From an uncultured Methylomirabilota bacterium (GTDB lineage Bacteria; Methylomirabilota; Methylomirabilia; Methylomirabilales; 2-02-FULL-66-22), in NCBI GenBank assembly GCA_963705305.1, contig OY970067.1, positions 5,568,001 to 5,632,000 on the forward strand: a DNA stretch of 64,000 nt, read 5' to 3'. A program made the position numbers and the translations under genes. Each line of letters opens with the position of its first letter. Position 1 is the first letter of the stretch. Below the pieces are notes generated by a model. That model saw only the letters and a program-made list of their open reading frames with translations, was not told where the DNA came from and searched no databases. Below are positions 59,411 through 64,000 of the stretch, piece after piece.

Positions 59411-60145
59411 TTACTCGACCCGGACGACGGCCGCGGCCGGCAGCCGCGACAGGAGGGATTGCAGGCCGCGCTCGACCTCTTCCGCCCGGCGGGACTCAAG
59501 CGTGAGCATGACAGTGTGGTCGGACGCATGCAGGACGGGGTACGAGCCGAGCCGCAGCCCCGGAACGTCCCGCAGGACCACCCGGAGATCCTCCGCAATC
59601 TCTCCTTCGTCGCACCGCAGGAACACGCGGCGCAGCACGTAGGGGACTCCCCGGAACCGCTCCCGGATCCACTCGAACTTCCGGCGCAGCGCCTCCGGGA
59701 TGCCGGGAAAGAGATACACGTTTCCACACACGACCACCGGAAAGCTGAGCCCTTCGCCCCCCACGAGCTCGCTCCCTTCCGGAACTTCCGCCATCCTGAG
59801 CTGCGCCGGCGTGATTCCGGCCCCATAGTGCCGGCGCAGGACCGCCTCCAGAACGGGGTGGCGCACCACGGATCGTCCAAAGGCCTGCGCCACGGCCCCG
59901 ATCGTGACGTCATCGTGCGTCGGGCCGATCCCGCCCGTCGAAAAGACCAGGTCGTACGCGGCGGCCAGAGACCGGACCTCCGCGGCGATGGCCTCGGCCT
60001 CGTCCGGGACGGTGACGATCCGCCGGGTATCCACACCCAGGCGCCGCAACTCGTGAACCAGATACGGGGAATTCTGGTCGGCCACCTTGCCGCTGAGGAT
60101 TTCATCCCCGATGATCAGGATCGCCGCGGTCTGTGCCACGCCCAT
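59411..60145 (-). CDS. CinA-like molybdopterin-binding domain protein
   Basis: IGDEILSGKVADQNS, VPDE, TGGIGPTHDDVT, PGIP. Confidence 0.85.
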   Translation of the reverse strand: MGVAQTAAILIIGDEILSGKVADQNSPYLVHELRRLGVDTRRIVTVPDEAEAIAAEVRSLAAAYDLVFSTGGIGPTHDDVTIGAVAQAFGRSVVRHPVLEAVLRRHYGAGITPAQLRMAEVPEGSELVGGEGLSFPVVVCGNVYLFPGIPEALRRKFEWIRERFRGVPYVLRRVFLRCDEGEIAEDLRVVLRDVPGLRLGSYPVLHASDHTVMLTLESRRAEEVERGLQSLLSRLPAAAVVRVE

Positions 60146-60180
60146 CTCCCGTTGCCCGGCCTCCCGCCCTTTCTCCTCCG

Positions 60181-60625
60181 TCAGAAATAGCTCGCCATCA
60201 CCCGCGAGACCCACTCGGGCGTCCGAGGGGATTGCACCGTGTCGTACTCTGGGACGTAGGGCTTGAACGTCCACCACGGGGGTGCCGTTGATGGCATCCA
60301 GACCCTGGACGAACAGACGGTTCCCCTCGCGCCGGAGCAGCTTCACCGCCGTCACGCCGATGGGGTTTGGCCGGTGACGGGCTCGCTGGGCGAAGATGCC
60401 GACCTCCGGCAGATCCTGGCGCCCCCGGGGACGCCGGCGCATCCGCACCGGCTCGGCCTCGGCGGCCCGGTGCATCCAGTAGAGGATCAGGACGTGCGAG
60501 AACTCCTCGATGCCGTCCAGGCCATCTGCCAGTGTCTCGTCAAGCACCACTTCGGAAACCACGGCCCCCCAGCCTTCGTCCGTCGGCTCCTTGACCTGAT
60601 TGTAGACCACGCCGATCCATTCCAC
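60181..60625 (-). pseudogene. tsaA: tRNA m6t6A37 methyltransferase TsaA/TrmO-like, frameshifted by one extra base near 60266
   Basis: GLDGIEEFSH, GIFAQRARHRPNPIG, GLDAINGTPVVDV; continuation KPYVPEYD...PEW* lies in another frame. Confidence 0.75.
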
Positions 60626-60768
60626 GGAAGCTGCTCCTTTCTTCCCCCGGTCCCCTCCCGAGGGGGGCATCCGGAGCGGATCCGAAGGCGAACCATCAAC
60701 GGCCGGGAGGCCTCCACTCCGGAGGAGATCCGATGGACCCGTCGGCGCTGCCCGGCAGAGTGGCGCCC

Positions 60769-61992
60769 CTACAAGCAGCAGCGCGCGAAGGCCGCCACGG
60801 CCTGCCGTGCCTGCTCCGTATCGGAAGGGAGGCCGGTGACGTTGAGCCGGCAGCGGCCCTCTGTAAAAACGGGGTAGAGGTGGGCGCCGTACAGCTCCCG
60901 GGCGGCGTCGGGTTTCGCTTTCGGGTTTCGGAACAACCCCGCATAGCGCTCCGAGAACAGTTCTGCGATCGGCGTGCCCCCGGCCAGCGCGCTCCACTGG
61001 GTCTCGGCCCCCGCACACCGGCGCAGTGCCGCCGCATGCTCCGCCTCGAGCCGGCCGCGGTCCTTGATCAGGGCCTTCACGAAGGCCCGCGTGACGGGAT
61101 GCTCGAAAGAGCTTCCCCGCGCTCGGACGAGGGTCGTCAGCTTCTGCCCGACCGCCGCCCGGCTGGACGGGTCGGCCTGGAAGACGAGCAGCAGCCCGCA
61201 GGGGCGGAGCGCGAAGGCGACGAAAGCCTTGGTCGGGCTGATGGCCAAGGCGAACGGCACGCCCGCTTCGGCGAATGGCAGGACTTGCGCCCGGAAACTG
61301 TCCGCCATCAGCGCCGGATACGGCGTGCTGGCCACGCGCCGGGCGTACTCAAAGCCGGAATAGGCCCGATCCAGCACGACGAACGCGCCGGATGCGGCGG
61401 CGGCCTTTGCTCGGGCCTTCACCAGCTCGGCGGACGGCACCCGACCCGTCGTATTCATGGGACCCGCCTGGTAGACGGGCAGGACCCCTTCACCCGCGGC
61501 GAGGGCGTCGGCGGCAAACGTCTGAAACCGGAGCCGCGCGGACACCGCCACTGCGCGGTAGGCAGGCCAGCCCAGCTCCTCCACGGCCAGAGCGGAAAGG
61601 CCTTCCTTCAACAGGGCCGCCGCCTGGACGGCCATCTGAACGGCGCCCGTCCCGGCGTCGGACGGCAGCAGCAGCTCGAAATGGGGCCAGAGGGATTCGG
61701 GCACTCCCTGCCAGCGCAGCACGGCTTCGGTCAGCTCTTGCTTGGCCGCATCCGAGTTCAAATAGGAGCCACTCCCGCTCTCCTGGAGCTCGCGCTGGAC
61801 GTATTCCAGCAGCGTCGGCGAGGTGGGCAGCGGCTTTCCGTCGCCCCCCAGCAGGATGCCGATGCCGTAGTTCTTCCCCTGGGGGTCCCGCTTGCAGAGG
61901 ATGCCGGCAATCTGATTGGCGTCAAGCCCCGTCTCGCGCAGTCGCGCCGCTTCCGCGATCACCGCGTCACCGAAACTTTCCTGGGTCACCAT
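60769..61992 (-). CDS. PLP-dependent aminotransferase class I/II-like
   Basis: NYGIG, GTGA, GWPAY, NTTG, LDRAYSGF, SPTK, RLN. Confidence 0.7.
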   Translation of the reverse strand: MVTQESFGDAVIAEAARLRETGLDANQIAGILCKRDPQGKNYGIGILLGGDGKPLPTSPTLLEYVQRELQESGSGSYLNSDAAKQELTEAVLRWQGVPESLWPHFELLLPSDAGTGAVQMAVQAAALLKEGLSALAVEELGWPAYRAVAVSARLRFQTFAADALAAGEGVLPVYQAGPMNTTGRVPSAELVKARAKAAAASGAFVVLDRAYSGFEYARRVASTPYPALMADSFRAQVLPFAEAGVPFALAISPTKAFVAFALRPCGLLLVFQADPSSRAAVGQKLTTLVRARGSSFEHPVTRAFVKALIKDRGRLEAEHAAALRRCAGAETQWSALAGGTPIAELFSERYAGLFRNPKAKPDAARELYGAHLYPVFTEGRCRLNVTGLPSDTEQARQAVAAFARCCL

Positions 61993-62238
61993 TGTGCGAT
62001 ACCTCCCTTCGCGCCGGGGCGTTACCACGGAGCTGTGTTCGACGGCCATGCCTTCCCCCAAAATGTTCGGGCTACCCACACTCAAGCCGGAAGGAGCCGG
62101 AAACCTGCTGAGCAGGGTGGGTTCAGGCTCGACGCTCGCACGGGTAGGCCGGTTAGCCGCCGGAGCATACAACGAAATTCCGTTTCGGGACATGCGAAAG
62201 GCGCATCGGGGCCAGGCCAGGCCGCGAGGGCGCCGGCC

Positions 62239-62787
62239 TTACTCCAGCAGGCCGATCCGCCCCAACGGCCAGTAGCGCGCGAAAGCCTTGGCTACCAGCG
62301 CACTTCGCGGGACGAACCCCCAGATGTGGGAATCGGAGCTCAGGTTCCGATTGTCGCCCAGGACGAACAGCATCCCGGGCGGCACGGGCGTGGGAGGCAG
62401 AGAGTACTGCGGGCGGTCCTTCAGGTACGGCTCGCCGAGCGGCACTCCGTTCACGATCACGCGGCCGTCACGGACCTCCACCACATCTCCCTCCATGCCA
62501 ATGACGCGCTTGATCAGGTCGCCTGGCACCTGCGCGTTGGGGGGGGCCGAGAAGATCACGATGTCTTTGCGGTGGGGCTCGGCAAACCAGAACCAGAACT
62601 TGTTTCCCAGGACACGGTCCCCGATCTCGAGCGTCGGCTCCATCGATCCCGATGGGATCACGAAGGCTTCCACCACCGCCGTCCGGATGCCAAGCGCCAG
62701 GAGCACGGCGATGGCGAGGCTCTTTGCCCACTCCCAGGCCATCGCCCGTCCGCTCCGAGGACGAGAGCCTTTCGGCTGTCCCATCAC
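62239..62787 (-). CDS. lepB: Signal peptidase I
   Basis: IPSGSMEPTL, LIKRVIG, GDNRNLSSDSH. Confidence 0.92.
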   Translation of the reverse strand: MMGQPKGSRPRSGRAMAWEWAKSLAIAVLLALGIRTAVVEAFVIPSGSMEPTLEIGDRVLGNKFWFWFAEPHRKDIVIFSAPPNAQVPGDLIKRVIGMEGDVVEVRDGRVIVNGVPLGEPYLKDRPQYSLPPTPVPPGMLFVLGDNRNLSSDSHIWGFVPRSALVAKAFARYWPLGRIGLLE

Positions 62788-63185
62788 ATGCTCCTCTTCG
62801 CCGGCAGGGGGATCCCGGCCCGCTCCAGGACCACCTCGCCGATCTTCTCATGAACCCCCAGGGGGGCGGTCACGCAGTACTCGACCCCCGGAAAGCCCTG
62901 CGCCGCCTCGGCCACCATCCGCGGAATGTCCGTGGTTGAATGGCGACCCGGCGAGAGGAAGTAGGGATGGACGACCACCGCCGTCGCCCCCTCTCGGACG
63001 CAGGCGGCGAAACCTTGTTCAATCGTCGGCTCGACCAGCTCCATGTGGGCGTACTGGACGCACTCCAGCCCCCCCTGTGCCTTCACCATGCCCGCCACGC
63101 AGGCCAGCATGTCGTTGGCCTCCTGGAATCGGCTCCCGTGGTCCACCAGCAGAAGGGCGATCTTCCTCTTTTCCTGGGCAGGCAT
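62784..63185 (-). CDS. Short CbiX/SirB chelatase
   Basis: LVDHGSR, HMELVEP, HPYFLSPGRHSTTDIP, PLG. Confidence 0.85.
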   Translation of the reverse strand: MPAQEKRKIALLLVDHGSRFQEANDMLACVAGMVKAQGGLECVQYAHMELVEPTIEQGFAACVREGATAVVVHPYFLSPGRHSTTDIPRMVAEAAQGFPGVEYCVTAPLGVHEKIGEVVLERAGIPLPAKRSM

Positions 63186-63235
63186 CGGGCGCACCTCTCG
63201 GCGAATCTGACGGTCGCGGCGAGCCTCCCGCCGGA

Positions 63236-63808
63236 TCATGACAGCCGGGCCCGGAGGTCGGCCAGGCGGGCCGCGAATTCCGCCTCGCCGAGGACGGGCG
63301 CGCACCCGGCCGTGTCGAGCGGCTCATCCAGCTCCACCCAGGAGACGCACCCGTCGTACCATGGGCTGGCTTTCAGGCAGAAGGCTTCCGGCCGGCGGCG
63401 AACCCGGAGGGCCAGTACGTGCACCCCCGGCTTGTTGCGGTAGTGGAACCGAGAAGTCACGCAATCCCAGGAAAGGATGTGCAGGCCGTCCAGGGCGCGC
63501 AGGCGATCGAGGTCGGTCACCCGCACCACCTCTTCCACGGTTGCGTACAGCTGTACCTCCAGTGAGCCGGCCGGCGGCTGGGCCGACTGTACGGCCTCGA
63601 ACTCCGCCTGAACGGCGGATACGAGATCTCCCGCGCGTTGGTGGACATAGGTCGGGAACAGCCAGAAGTCCCGGTGCACCACCTCAAAGCCGTTCTTGAT
63701 CTCCTCGATGCCGCCCTTTCGGAGCAACAGGATCTGCCGCCCGTCGGCCAGGGCACGGCACACGATGGCCCATTCTTTCAGGGCTGCCTTGGTCTGTGCC
63801 ACAGCCAT
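63236..63808 (-). CDS. DUF1802 family protein
   Basis: ALKEWA, QILLLRKGGIEE, FWLFPTYVHQ, YDGCVSWV. Confidence 0.85.
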   Translation of the reverse strand: MAVAQTKAALKEWAIVCRALADGRQILLLRKGGIEEIKNGFEVVHRDFWLFPTYVHQRAGDLVSAVQAEFEAVQSAQPPAGSLEVQLYATVEEVVRVTDLDRLRALDGLHILSWDCVTSRFHYRNKPGVHVLALRVRRRPEAFCLKASPWYDGCVSWVELDEPLDTAGCAPVLGEAEFAARLADLRARLS

Positions 63809-64000
63809 GGTTTCTCTCATGGAGGCCAGCTGCATGGGAACGCCCCCGGCCGGCCGGGGGAACATCGCGCGCCTGGGGCCGGCGCAGCCCGTATTATAGG
63901 GGACGAACCGCCGATCGCAAAGCGCGTCCCGCCCCTCCAGACGGAGTGCCGCGGCCGGATCACCGCGGCCCCCCGCCGGCTTCGGTCGCTTTCCGTATCT

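Noticed and set aside
1..64000. Many long overlapping or antisense ORFs in the track (e.g. 3336-5135, 21193-23424, 54693-56102, 60733-62853)
   Set aside because: Shadow ORFs of high-GC coding regions; the opposite strand or another frame carries the recognisable motifs.
1..64000. CRISPR arrays, tRNA or rRNA genes, and further crcB motifs on the minus strand
   Set aside because: No regularly spaced repeats or tRNA/rRNA signatures seen by eye; the GTAGGAG occurrences I found lie inside CDSs without the rest of the aptamer.

Overview
High-GC bacterial chromosomal window. Gene style suggests NC10/Methylomirabilota or a similar lineage, but this is inference only. The flanks (1-17.7 kb and 46.6-64 kb) hold mostly housekeeping and transport genes: SDR, CoxM-like, M20 peptidase, family-B DNA polymerase, Liv-type ABC operon, DAHP synthase, ArsR/ABC-2, AhbC-like radical SAM, aminopeptidase N, ribokinase, LOG, CinA-like, TsaA, LepB and CbiX. 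The centre (~17.8-46.4 kb) is a co-directional + strand island with four fluoride (crcB-class) riboswitch-like aptamers, at 17876, 30079, 32596 and 42715, each behind its own sigma70-type promoter. They precede (1) a TPR/DUF6062-like/MFS/HEAT/two MutS-like ATPases/DUF4129/MoxR/DUF58 operon, (2) a decayed cytidylate-kinase-like gene and AAA ATPase, (3) enolase, followed by a Hyf-like membrane complex lacking NiFe ligands (Ehr), and (4) a dynamin-like GTPase, followed by a Na/Pi-PhoU transporter. No Fluc/CrcB or CLC-F exporter is visible in the window. Also present: a CTAG-flanked MITE, a REP-like palindrome, two oligopeptide-ABC ATPase remnants, an unlisted small Cys/His ORF and several frameshifts. 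All family calls come from motif recognition by eye; no searches were run.
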